A stretch of DNA of 64,000 nucleotides from assembly GCA_019058245.1 (NCBI GenBank), contig JAHPZJ010000013.1, forward strand, positions 169,166-233,165, given 5' to 3'. Source of the DNA: Promethearchaeota archaeon (lineage in GTDB: Archaea > Asgardarchaeota > Lokiarchaeia > Sigyniarchaeales > SOKP01). How positions within the stretch are numbered: the stretch's first letter is position 1; each line of letters starts with the position of its first letter. The position numbers and the translations under genes were made by a program. This document shows, piece by piece, positions 19,801 through 29,247 of the stretch. The notes under the pieces were generated by a model. That model did no database searches, was not told where the DNA came from, and saw nothing but the letters and a program-made list of their open reading frames with translations.

Positions 19801-20169
19801 TTAATATCTAAAGCATGTACTTGCATTAGCAATTAAATCTGTTAATTCATCATATCCAATAATTTTCAAATTTTCATAGTCAATCATATCAGCTTTAGTT
19901 AATCCTGCATCAATTAAAGCAGATTCAATAATATATACTTCTAAATCAGATAAATCAGCCATCTCTAATACTTCAGCTAAAGGGTCCATTCCTACAGCTT
20001 CAGGGTTACAATTTTTATTGAATAAATAAACAGCATCACCCATAAACACAATTTTACAGTCAACAAATTCTCCTAGAGCAGTAAATCCTGATCCAATCCT
20101 AATAGCCTCAACTGCAGAATTTCTGCCAATTGGTGATTGATCGCTTATTATTACCACAGATTCTACCAT
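19801..20169 (-). CDS. DsrF/TusC family protein
   Basis: SPIG...EAIR, VFMGDAVY; lies between dsrE and dsrH. Confidence 0.75.
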   Translation of the reverse strand: MVESVVIISDQSPIGRNSAVEAIRIGSGFTALGEFVDCKIVFMGDAVYLFNKNCNPEAVGMDPLAEVLEMADLSDLEVYIIESALIDAGLTKADMIDYENLKIIGYDELTDLIANASTCFRY

Positions 20170-20174
20170 AATTA

Positions 20175-20543
20175 TTAACCTCCCGCTCCAAATACAATCA
20201 ATTTATCAGCATAAATTACCCAATTTGAGAAGTCTCCCAAACCATCTTCAGTAGCACCTTCAATAAATTCTGGTTCTTTTAGCCCTGTTATACTAACCCA
20301 TGTACTACACCCTGATATGGGAATTTTGTTATCATTAGAAAATTTCTCAATTTTCGCTGGGATATTTCTTATTGTATTTCCACAACTAATCTCCTTCTTA
20401 AGGTTATAAACACCAGTCCCAAAGAAAAATATACCCGCTATCTCATGCCCCTTTCTTATTGCAGCTTTTCCTATTTCTATCAGAGAATCTACAGCTTGAT
20501 ATTTGTAAGGTTCCGTGCTAATAAAGAAAACATATTTAGACAT
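20175..20543 (-). CDS. DsrE/TusD family sulfurtransferase
   Basis: EPY, GHEIAGIFFFGTGVY, conserved Cys in GCSTW, GLG..ADKLIVF. Confidence 0.82.
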   Translation of the reverse strand: MSKYVFFISTEPYKYQAVDSLIEIGKAAIRKGHEIAGIFFFGTGVYNLKKEISCGNTIRNIPAKIEKFSNDNKIPISGCSTWVSITGLKEPEFIEGATEDGLGDFSNWVIYADKLIVFGAGG

Positions 20544-20572
20544 ATTAATATCCTTACTCCGTATAATGCGTT

Positions 20573-20806
20573 TTAAGCCTTTTTAATGACAAAAATTAAA
20601 TTTCCATTGTCTTCTCGAAGTTCTACTAATTCGTCACCGCTTTTATTGAGAAGCGCTGGAATGTCCTTTTTAGCCCCTACATCATCTGCGATTACTTCTA
20701 TAACCTCTCCAGAAGTCAAATTTCTTAATTCCTTTTTTGTTTTCAAAACCGGCATTGGACATTTTAAGCCTGTATAATTATATGTTTTAACAGCCATTTT
20801 TTTCAC
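20573..20806 (-). CDS. tusA: TusA/SirA family sulfur carrier (copy 1, first gene of operon)
   Basis: GLKCPMP, GEVIEVIADD..AKKDIP. Confidence 0.92.
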   Translation of the reverse strand: MKKMAVKTYNYTGLKCPMPVLKTKKELRNLTSGEVIEVIADDVGAKKDIPALLNKSGDELVELREDNGNLIFVIKKA

Positions 20807-20839
20807 TTTTTTTAGTTTTTTTATTTATTTTTTTTTGTT

Positions 20840-20962
20840 ATGATATCATTTTTGATTATGAATGATAGTCATTATAGATCAAAAATATAATATACTATTT
20901 AAATAATAGTTTTTTTTTCTATAATCATATCATTTATTAATAAATAAAACTATATGATCATA
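20840..20962. promoter_or_regulatory. Candidate operator sites in the divergent tusA/lrp promoter region
   Basis: Three ATGA...TCAT palindromes: ATGATATCAT (20840-20849), AATGA-TAG-TCATT (20861-20873), TATGATCATA (20953-20962). Confidence 0.35.
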
Positions 20963-21099
20963 AGTTAGTAGTAAAAAAAATTATATATTAAAACTACGAT
21001 ATTAAAAATAGAACATATTACTTTTTAATGAAAGTAAGAAACTTATAAATTATAAACAGTTATAGCAGAACTTGAAAAATTACTAATAGGATTGCTTTT

Positions 21100-21567
21100 A
21101 TGGTATCAACAAATGGAACTCTTGATGAGATAGATCGACAAATTCTTGAGTTATTACAAGATGATGCAAAATTAACTATTAGAGAAATTGCTCATCAAAC
21201 AAAGAAGAGTGCTACTGCTATAAGAGCACGTATTCAACGACTTGAGAAAGAATTGATAAAAAAATATGTAGCGCTAATCGATTGCCGTCAATTAGGATAT
21301 CGTGAAATGGTAATGGCATCACTGAGAGTAAATGCAACAAATCCATTAGAGGACGTTAAAAACGAAATTGAAAAGATGGAAAAAATAAAATATGCCTATG
21401 TTGTCACAGGAGAGTATCCTTTATTTATTATGGCAAAATGTTTAGATCATTCAGATTCTATGGGTCTTATAGAAACACTTCGCAACCTTCCTGGAGTTGA
21501 GGAAGTTAAAACTGAGATTGTGTTAGACCGAATTAAAGAAGATCATTCTATTATTATCCCTGAATAA
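21100..21567 (+). CDS. Lrp/AsnC family transcriptional regulator
   Basis: LDEIDRQILELLQDDAK HTH; C-terminal RAM domain VTGEY..LRNLPGVEEVKTEIVL. Confidence 0.95.
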   Translation: MVSTNGTLDEIDRQILELLQDDAKLTIREIAHQTKKSATAIRARIQRLEKELIKKYVALIDCRQLGYREMVMASLRVNATNPLEDVKNEIEKMEKIKYAYVVTGEYPLFIMAKCLDHSDSMGLIETLRNLPGVEEVKTEIVLDRIKEDHSIIIPE

Positions 21568-21691
21568 ATTACTAGATCAATGTTAATTTAAAAAAAAATT
21601 CTAAATCAAATTTTACTTAAAATAAAATTTAAATCTTTATTAACAATGGATATTTAATTTTTTTCTTGTAGTGGCTACAATGAAATATCAA

Positions 21692-24112
21692 TTAATCAAA
21701 ACTCTTAGAAGTCAATTCAATTTCATAATTAGAATTTTCCCATTTATCTGGGTTTAACCAATGGAAGGTAAAATTCAATTTTACTGGTTTATCCATATCT
21801 TTTGTTGGTAAATCTACATAATAGATACCTAATCCTGTATCAATTGTTTTAGACTCTTGAAAGGTATTCCAAGCATTAATGGACCATCGAACAATAGCTT
21901 CAGCTCTCAATTCAATTCTCAAAATTTTTCCTAGACTCATTTGAGAACATTTATGATTATATTTCCAGATTCTTAGATTTGATGGATGATTTTCTTCAAC
22001 ATATCTTAGTTTAGTTTGAAGTGGCATATCAAAAATTTTGTTATCTTCTAATGATCGCACTAGTTTTACATATTCAGAATGCGCCCAGACCAAGGGCATA
22101 GCGGAACCTGATGGATGCCCATTAAATAGATGTTTTTGAGGGATATCATCTGCATCCCAAATTTGTTCGGGAATAAGTCCTCCCGAACCAACCTGCGCTT
22201 CTATCACTTTTGAAAGCTTTCTTGCCGTATCAATATCGCCTTTCGCTAATTCATAGTGAGCACGTTCACCTGCTAAAAGTGGCCACCCCCTACCAATTCC
22301 AGTACCATCGAAAGGATCCCCATTTGAATGTTCTCCATAACCATCTTTATTATAACGATGCCATGTAGGACCAGTAGAAGTTGTTGTTTTTAACATAGAA
22401 TCAATAACTTTCACTGTGTTGACTATTCTTATATCATCAGCAGCACGTAATCCAAATCGTACTAAAGCTAAAGCATCGGGACTGACGATATATTCAAAAA
22501 GAGCTTTACTTTCACCAGGAGGTCTATTTTTAATTGGAACATAACCATCCTTAGGAGAAGTGGCATCCGGAAGATCAGGAGGACTTACTCGAACATAATA
22601 ACCTTCGACATTTAGCCTTTTGGCGAGATGAGAATTCTTAACATAAGTCCATTTTTCGATATTGGAATTCCAATTGTCTGCTAATTCTGTTAAATATTTC
22701 GCAATTTGCAGTTCTCCTGCTTCTCTAGCAAATTCCGATGCAATGAGTAAAGCAGCAATTTCTACTGCTAAAGTGAAGGGAGAATAACCTGAGTCTTCTT
22801 CCCATCGATCCTCTTGAGAGACAGGACCGTTACATGCTATATAACTCACGGCTTTCTTTATAGTAGGCCAAATATTGATCTCTTTAAGTAGCCCATTTTC
22901 TTTTAAAGCATTTGCTAGTAATATTGGAAAAGCAGTTTCATCCATTTGTATTCCATGCCAATATTCGGTGCCGTCTAACCACATATTTTGAGGCCAGTAT
23001 CCATCTTTATTTTGAGTACTCATTAAATAAATCATAATTTGTAAAGCTTCTAAATTAGCTCCTACTGCAAGAAGCCCACCTGCAGTTTCAACAAGATCCC
23101 TAGGCCATACTAAATGATAACCCCCTAAATCATCGTCACCTTTCGCAAATCCCCAAGGAATTGATAAACTCGCTATTGTGCCATCTGAAAAGCGTTTATC
23201 CATGTGAGTCTTTAAAACTACAATACTCAACCTGTAAATATTAAATCCTTTTTCTCCAACATGGCTTAAGTTTCTACAATTTTGCTGAAATTTTAACCAA
23301 GAAGACATATAAGTCTCAATTATTTGATTAATATTGTTATACAAAGTAGCACGAGCAAGTTGTCCTGCTTCTGCTGGATTATTACCAAATGCAATTGCAA
23401 TAATAAAATTTCCCCTACTTACTTTCAAATCAATTTCTCCCGTTATGACAACATTTCCATTTGATGCGTGAGAATAGCGATGCGTTAAAATGTGATTTTT
23501 ATTTATATCTTGCCAACCATCACTTATACCATAATACCCACAGCTCATGTTAGAAAAAGGTGTAGAACATGCTATTGCTAGTACAATATTTTCTCTTTGA
23601 GCAAAAAGCATAGGAACGCCTTTATAATTACCCACCCAGCTATTGTTTCCATAACCAAAGTTTTTAATATGAGGATTTAAAATTGCATAAAGATGATAAT
23701 CATCTAAATTTCCTTTTAAGGGAGTAAACTTTACTTTTAGCAAGAGTACATTCCTTCGAGGATCAGTTAGAATTATTTTTTCTATCATATATCTTCTTTT
23801 ATATGAGGTATTTGTGATCTTATATACCGGTACGCCCTCTTTTAATGTTGAAATCTTATGATCACAGTCAATTCTTTCTTCTTCGAAAAAATCAGTACCA
23901 TCAGAAATAAGAAATTGAAAGTCGCGAATATCAGCTTGATCAATACGAGGATAATATACCTCATCAATTATACCATTAGATAATGTAAACCAAACTAAAC
24001 TTTCATGTGATATTGATGTTCCAACTCCATCTTTTGCACTTGATGTCCAACTGGGTTCTCTTCCAGGGTATCCTGGTGCCTCACCATCATAATTTGTTTC
24101 TATTTGATTAAT
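21692..24112 (-). CDS. Glucoamylase/glucodextranase (GH15 with glucodextranase N-terminal domain)
   Basis: GH15 motifs YHLVWPRD, QMDE, DRWEE, EQIW, PLVWAH. The frame extends 110 codons upstream of the track start (23788) through APGYPGREPSWTSSAKDGVG and VWFT..GIIDEVYYPRID with no ATG/GTG/TTG; ATT at 24112 is proposed as start. Confidence 0.88.
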   Translation of the reverse strand: MNQIETNYDGEAPGYPGREPSWTSSAKDGVGTSISHESLVWFTLSNGIIDEVYYPRIDQADIRDFQFLISDGTDFFEEERIDCDHKISTLKEGVPVYKITNTSYKRRYMIEKIILTDPRRNVLLLKVKFTPLKGNLDDYHLYAILNPHIKNFGYGNNSWVGNYKGVPMLFAQRENIVLAIACSTPFSNMSCGYYGISDGWQDINKNHILTHRYSHASNGNVVITGEIDLKVSRGNFIIAIAFGNNPAEAGQLARATLYNNINQIIETYMSSWLKFQQNCRNLSHVGEKGFNIYRLSIVVLKTHMDKRFSDGTIASLSIPWGFAKGDDDLGGYHLVWPRDLVETAGGLLAVGANLEALQIMIYLMSTQNKDGYWPQNMWLDGTEYWHGIQMDETAFPILLANALKENGLLKEINIWPTIKKAVSYIACNGPVSQEDRWEEDSGYSPFTLAVEIAALLIASEFAREAGELQIAKYLTELADNWNSNIEKWTYVKNSHLAKRLNVEGYYVRVSPPDLPDATSPKDGYVPIKNRPPGESKALFEYIVSPDALALVRFGLRAADDIRIVNTVKVIDSMLKTTTSTGPTWHRYNKDGYGEHSNGDPFDGTGIGRGWPLLAGERAHYELAKGDIDTARKLSKVIEAQVGSGGLIPEQIWDADDIPQKHLFNGHPSGSAMPLVWAHSEYVKLVRSLEDNKIFDMPLQTKLRYVEENHPSNLRIWKYNHKCSQMSLGKILRIELRAEAIVRWSINAWNTFQESKTIDTGLGIYYVDLPTKDMDKPVKLNFTFHWLNPDKWENSNYEIELTSKSFD

Positions 24113-24118
24113 GAAATA

Positions 24119-25513
24119 TCACTTCCCCAATTCTCGTGGATGTTTTCCACCACGCCAATGTTCTTCAATTTCTTCTAGGGTTCTTCCCTTAGTTTCTGGA
24201 ACGTAAACATACGTAAAGATTAATGCCATTATTCCTACAACGGCATAAAACCAAAATGTACCTGAACGTCCTAATAATTGAATTAAAGTTAAAAAAGTTA
24301 GCGCAATGATCAAGTTAGATCCCCAGTTAGCTTCTGTTACGATGCTCATTGCACGTCCTCTAACTTTCAGAGGGTATATCTCAGATATTAATAACCAAAA
24401 TACTGGTCCCAATCCAATAGCGAAAAAGGCGACATATGCTATTAAACTAATTGCTGCTAACGTTCCTAATTGATTTAATAAACTTGGTAAAAAGAATACA
24501 ATCCCTAGCATTATAAGCATCCCACTCATGCCAATTAAACCGAGTAATAATAATTTACGCCGTCCGACGCGATCCAACAAAAATATTGCGACAATAGTAA
24601 AGCCCACATTCACAATTCCAACTATGATTGTAGCAAAGATAGCCGCTGAAGCTGATTGAAATCCTGCAAATTCAAAAATAGTTGGGGCATAATAAATCAC
24701 GGTGTTAATTCCAGTTACTTGTTGGAAAATCGCCAATGATATACCCACAATCATTGCAGGTCTTATTAAAGGACTAAGCAGAGCTTTTCTTTCTCCTTTT
24801 TGCTTATCGAGGCTAGTAATAATTTCATCGAGTTCATTATTGATATTATTTGTCCTTCGAATTTCAATCAATGTAGAACGCGCTTTATTTACCTTTCCTT
24901 TATTAACTAGCCATCGTGGGCTGTTTGGCATGAAGATCATTGCTATTAATAATATAAGAGCAGGAATAGCTGCTAAACCAAGCATATAACGCCACCCACT
25001 TATAGGTGTAAAGGCATAATCCACCAAGTAAGATATAACAATTCCTATAGTAATAAATAATTGATTTAAAGACACTAATGATCCTCTAATTTTTGGTGGA
25101 GACATTTCAGAGATATATAGTGGAGCAATAAAGGATGCCATCCCTATAGCAATTCCTACAATTACTCTTCCTATGATCAGGAATATTATATCGATTGTTA
25201 ATGAGGTCCCTATTGCACCACCAGCAAATATAATTGCGGCTATAATAATCATTTTTCTTCGTCCATAACGATCAGCTAACGATCCCCCTATAAATGCTCC
25301 GATTATTGCTCCAATTAATACAGCACTAATAACTAATTCCTGTAAAAATGGTAAAAGAGTATATTCTTGCTTAATAAATAGAATAGCCCCAGATATAACA
25401 CCAGTATCATAACCAAATAACATTCCGCTAATTCCTGATACCATCGCAATAATATAAATAAAAGTATTATTCGTAGATTTGTGAAATAACATCTTAGTGA
25501 TTATTTTTCTCAT
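24119..25513 (-). CDS. Sugar porter family MFS transporter
   Basis: FGYDTGVISGA, DRYGRR, YISE..P..RG, QQVTGIN..YY, SEIYP..RG, PETKG. Confidence 0.95.
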   Translation of the reverse strand: MRKIITKMLFHKSTNNTFIYIIAMVSGISGMLFGYDTGVISGAILFIKQEYTLLPFLQELVISAVLIGAIIGAFIGGSLADRYGRRKMIIIAAIIFAGGAIGTSLTIDIIFLIIGRVIVGIAIGMASFIAPLYISEMSPPKIRGSLVSLNQLFITIGIVISYLVDYAFTPISGWRYMLGLAAIPALILLIAMIFMPNSPRWLVNKGKVNKARSTLIEIRRTNNINNELDEIITSLDKQKGERKALLSPLIRPAMIVGISLAIFQQVTGINTVIYYAPTIFEFAGFQSASAAIFATIIVGIVNVGFTIVAIFLLDRVGRRKLLLLGLIGMSGMLIMLGIVFFLPSLLNQLGTLAAISLIAYVAFFAIGLGPVFWLLISEIYPLKVRGRAMSIVTEANWGSNLIIALTFLTLIQLLGRSGTFWFYAVVGIMALIFTYVYVPETKGRTLEEIEEHWRGGKHPRELGK

Positions 25514-25779
25514 ATTCTAATCATATATTATCAAGATGTAAGTTAATCACTTTTATAATAGTATTGCATAAAAATTATAATTCTCTTACTTGTTATCGTT
25601 GTAAATATCCTAATTGAAGATTTCTATTATTCATGTAAATGCAGCAATATTGATGAATTTATGATGTTAATAAGATTGTAAATCAATGATTTCCGAAAAA
25701 TCATAAATTTAAATAAGCTTAAATTATAGAGAATTTATTATTACAAATATAGATTGCAATGTATAGATAAAATATCTCT

Positions 25780-25965
25780 TTAGATCAAATTGACAGAGAA
25801 ATTATTGAATTATTGCAAAATGATGTAAAAATCCCAAATAATGAGGTTTCTGAAAAAGTAAAAAATAGATTAAGTTTAGATGAACTAAAAAGTGCAACTG
25901 CAATTAGAGTAGGAGTAAAAAGGTTAGAAAAGGTTTTACTATAGAAATATTTTGCTATAATTGAC
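25780..25965 (+). pseudogene. Degenerate Lrp/AsnC HTH fragment, paralog of 21100-21567
   Basis: Reads LDQIDREIIELLQNDVK...KSATAIRVGVKRLEKVLL*KYFAIID versus LDEIDRQILELLQDDAK...KSATAIRARIQRLEKELIKKYVALID; in-frame TAG at 25942. Confidence 0.75.
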
Positions 25966-26136
25966 TTGGATAATAGTGATAATACTTAGGATTCTAATCC
26001 TACTTCAAATAAAACACTAAAAATAAATCATAAAATAATTCTTTTTGTTTAATTATTAATTCAAAATTAAGAAATCTTATGAGAGATATATAAGATTAAT
26101 TAGAAATAGAAAATCTTTATAATTAAAGCGAGTAAA

Positions 26137-26262
26137 TTAGAGATTTAATTTTTCAAAACAATTTTGACAGTAATATTTCTCATCTACTCTCCATACTTCA
26201 GCAAGATTGATTTCTGAGCCACACTCTTCGCAATTTCCCATTTCTTGAATTAATTCTGTCAT
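26137..26262 (-). CDS. 41-aa zinc-finger microprotein (CxxC...CxxC)
   Basis: Hand translation: MTELIQEMGNCEECGSEINLAEVWRVDEKYYCQNCFEKLNL*; below the ORF-track cutoff. Confidence 0.65.
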   Translation of the reverse strand: MTELIQEMGNCEECGSEINLAEVWRVDEKYYCQNCFEKLNL

Positions 26263-26471
26263 AATTATACTATCATTTCTTTATTTTATTTTTTTTTTAT
26301 TGTCTATTCAAGGTCTAGTAGCCTTGGTTTATGATTTTTTTTCCACATCTTTGTTCTTCTTAAATGTTTTAATTCTTTCTGAAGATTAATTCTATGAAAT
26401 TTTCTTTCAACCTAGTTTTTTAAATTTATTTTTATAAAATAAAACCATTTCCTTATAAAACTAAAGATGGA

Positions 26472-26580
26472 TTAGATATAAATACCTTCAGAAGGAGGTT
26501 TATAATAAGGAGTTCCATTTCCTATAAACTTCTCTCAATACTTCTCTAAAAACTCTAAAATCTGTAGTTTTAAGCAGATT
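26472..26580 (-). pseudogene. Frameshifted duplicate of the 3' end of the neighbouring J-domain gene
   Basis: NLLKTTDFRVFREVLREVYR/(shift)NGTPYYKPPSEGIYI* versus [35 protein letters not shown]. Confidence 0.75.
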
Positions 26581-26585
26581 AATAT

Positions 26586-26855
26586 TTATATCTTTCTAAG
26601 TTTTTTGATTTTTTCTTTGTTCAATTTTTTAATTTCTTTTTTTAAGGATATTATAGCTGCATTGATTTCTGCTTTTTTTGACTTTAGATTAGAAATATTA
26701 GAATGATCAATTATTTTTGTATCATGCTGAATAGCTCTTTCAATTTGAATCAATTCTTTATGCTTTATTGCTAAATTAGTCTCTAACGCTTTCAATTCTT
26801 TATTAAATTCAGCTTTTATTTTATTAACCAAGTCAGATTTTGATAAATTAGACAT
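26586..26855 (-). CDS. Small basic coiled-coil protein
   Basis: 89-aa ORF, heptad pattern, K-rich. Confidence 0.55.
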   Translation of the reverse strand: MSNLSKSDLVNKIKAEFNKELKALETNLAIKHKELIQIERAIQHDTKIIDHSNISNLKSKKAEINAAIISLKKEIKKLNKEKIKKLRKI

Positions 26856-26999
26856 GAGATATGCTAAGATAAAATTTATCTATTATTAACATTCATAATT
26901 TAAAAATAATAATGAAATCTGAAATTTAACATATTATTATTACAAATATTATAGCTATTAATCTAAAATGATTTACAAATAAATAAAAAAAAGCATTTT

Positions 27000-27386
27000 T
27001 TATATATACATACCTTCGGGAGGTGGTTTATAGTATGGAGCTGTATTTCTATAAATTCTTCTCATTATTTCTCGAAAAGTTCTAAAATCTGTCGTTCTAA
27101 AAAGATCGCTCCAATCGAATGTTCGAGGGTTATACTTTAATTGATTATAAATTTTACGCTTTGAAGGATCTATTAAAGTCTCGTAAGCTTCTTTTATCTC
27201 TATAAATTTATCTTTAGCGTGAGGATCTGATTTATTTAAATCAGGATGAAATTTTTTTGCTAATTTTCTATAAGCTAACTTAATTTCCTTTTCTGAAGAG
27301 TCTTCATCAATACCTAAAAGTTCATAATAATCTTTTGTTTCCTTCATTCTTCTTTGTTGAAGAAGAAAATTAGGATATAAAAACAT
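27000..27386 (-). CDS. Small J-domain (type III DnaJ-like) protein
   Basis: [36 protein letters not shown]; no zinc-finger or C-terminal DnaJ domain. Confidence 0.9.
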   Translation of the reverse strand: MFLYPNFLLQQRRMKETKDYYELLGIDEDSSEKEIKLAYRKLAKKFHPDLNKSDPHAKDKFIEIKEAYETLIDPSKRKIYNQLKYNPRTFDWSDLFRTTDFRTFREIMRRIYRNTAPYYKPPPEGMYI

Positions 27387-27521
27387 ATAGTTGATATTGT
27401 ATAAAAGTCGAATAACTTTATTTTTTAGATTAAATTTATGATGACAAATTTGCTTCTATGATTTAGGTTTATTTTTAAAGATTTCATAGGATAATTTTTC
27501 TGATTTTCACATAATTTCAAA

Positions 27522-28502
27522 TTATTTCTTGTCTGAAGATTTGAGATTTACAAGAGTAATTCCAAATATAACTAAACATAAAGCAAATGGATATATAAAA
27601 ATGTCAAATTGTTCTTGCAAAAATATCGCAGAAAAAATCACTCCAAATAAAGGTACTAGAGTTTGGAATATTGCAGCTCGGCTGGCACTCAAACGTTTCA
27701 CACCTTCTAGATAAAATGTATATGCACCTATTGTAGATAAAAATGCTAAATATGCAATTCCTATCCAAATACGTGGAGGGATTGACACATATTCAAGTGG
27801 ATTAATGAATTCTGGGCTAATAATTAAAGCGATTGGAATAGTTATTAAAAAACCAAAAAATGATACCCAAGTCATAATCCATATCGAACTTGGTTGATAG
27901 GATTCAGGTTTACTTTTGGTCTGGTTCAGAAAAGATCGTGAAATAACAGTATAAGAACCATAGGCAAATGCCGCTAAAAGGACTAAGATATCTCCTAATA
28001 TTCGATTAGATACATTAACGTTTGGAGAAAATCCCACTACGATAATAACAGCTATGAAAGCCAGTAAAGTCCCTATAGCTTTTTTCCAAGTAAAGAATTC
28101 TGATTTTAAAAATATACTTGATAAGATTACAACCCATATAGCATTTGTAGCAACCATTATACTCGCATCACTAGCAGCTGTAAAAATTTCTCCAATAAGA
28201 TATCCTGCTTGATAAATTGTGACTGAAAGCAATCCCATTACTGTCAGAATTTTCCAATTTTCTTTGGTAAATTGCCAATTTAGTGTACCCTCTTTATATT
28301 TGAGGATAAGAAAAAAACAAATTACTGCTAAGAAATATCGAATAACAGCTATCATAAATGGGGGGATGGTTTCTCCCCCAACTTCTTCAGAAACTAACCA
28401 TCGCCCTATTGGCCAAGTACCACCCCAGATTACCATTGTTAGGATTAACAATAAATACGCAATTATTTCATCCTTGTTCTTAACCTTTAGAATTCTATTC
28501 AA
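27522..28502 (-). CDS. DMT/EamA family transporter
   Basis: About 10 TM segments, IWGGTW, two EamA repeats. Confidence 0.9.
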   Translation of the reverse strand: MNRILKVKNKDEIIAYLLLILTMVIWGGTWPIGRWLVSEEVGGETIPPFMIAVIRYFLAVICFFLILKYKEGTLNWQFTKENWKILTVMGLLSVTIYQAGYLIGEIFTAASDASIMVATNAIWVVILSSIFLKSEFFTWKKAIGTLLAFIAVIIVVGFSPNVNVSNRILGDILVLLAAFAYGSYTVISRSFLNQTKSKPESYQPSSIWIMTWVSFFGFLITIPIALIISPEFINPLEYVSIPPRIWIGIAYLAFLSTIGAYTFYLEGVKRLSASRAAIFQTLVPLFGVIFSAIFLQEQFDIFIYPFALCLVIFGITLVNLKSSDKK

Positions 28503-28547
28503 TTATTCTTCACGTTTAATTTTTTTATTGAACACAAATCTTACATA

Positions 28548-29201
28548 TTAAAATCTTATTTTTTCATACCATTTTGAAATTAATTCATGGTTTTTTATAT
28601 ATCTAAGAAGATAAAGTGAAATAACTCCAAAAATTATGGTTTCACTTATCCATATAAGTTGATAAATTGTTAAATTGCGTTCAATTTGTATTCCTCCTAT
28701 ATTAATTGGTCCAAAATCAACTATAGAGTATAGTAAGATATCAGGTGATTGGAGTATTAGTGGAAAAAATAATTCAATGGTTGCATGTGCTGGCAAATCT
28801 AATAAAATGTGAGTAAAACCCCCAATTAAAGCAGAATATGATGCGACAATATAGAATTTCCTATTATATTCTTTTTCTTTTAAGGAATCCCATTCATCAA
28901 TTCCAAAATATCTCATGGGTTTAGTAAGAATTCCATCTTTCTTAGCAAGCTTAGCTAGAAAAGGACCTATATATTTACAAAATAATATTGTTAATATAAC
29001 TGTTAAAGGTATAGTATATATTACTAATCCCAATAGACTATGAGTAATTCCTCTAAGGTTAGTTGAGAAAAAGGGGTCAATGACAACAACTATATCAGGA
29101 ACAAAAGTACTAATGCATAAAGCAGTTCCATCGAATTTTTTTGGATACTTTATTTTAAGTAATAATCCTGGTGCTTGATGAGAAAATACGCTACTTGGCA
29201 T
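28548..29201 (-). CDS. DUF4184-like membrane-bound metal-dependent hydrolase
   Basis: MPS..SH, VPD, THS, THILLD..H motifs with TM helices. Confidence 0.7.
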   Translation of the reverse strand: MPSSVFSHQAPGLLLKIKYPKKFDGTALCISTFVPDIVVVIDPFFSTNLRGITHSLLGLVIYTIPLTVILTILFCKYIGPFLAKLAKKDGILTKPMRYFGIDEWDSLKEKEYNRKFYIVASYSALIGGFTHILLDLPAHATIELFFPLILQSPDILLYSIVDFGPINIGGIQIERNLTIYQLIWISETIIFGVISLYLLRYIKNHELISKWYEKIRF

Positions 29202-29247
29202 ATGATTAATAAATTCTCTTTAATAAAATGAATTTGAGAATGCTTAT

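Noticed and set aside
10905-20806. Calling the operon the sulfur-oxidiser sHdr system, or evidence of methanogenesis
   Set aside because: Single hdrB/hdrC, full-length HdrA with MvhD, and no lipoate-binding protein; no mcr or mtr genes in the window.
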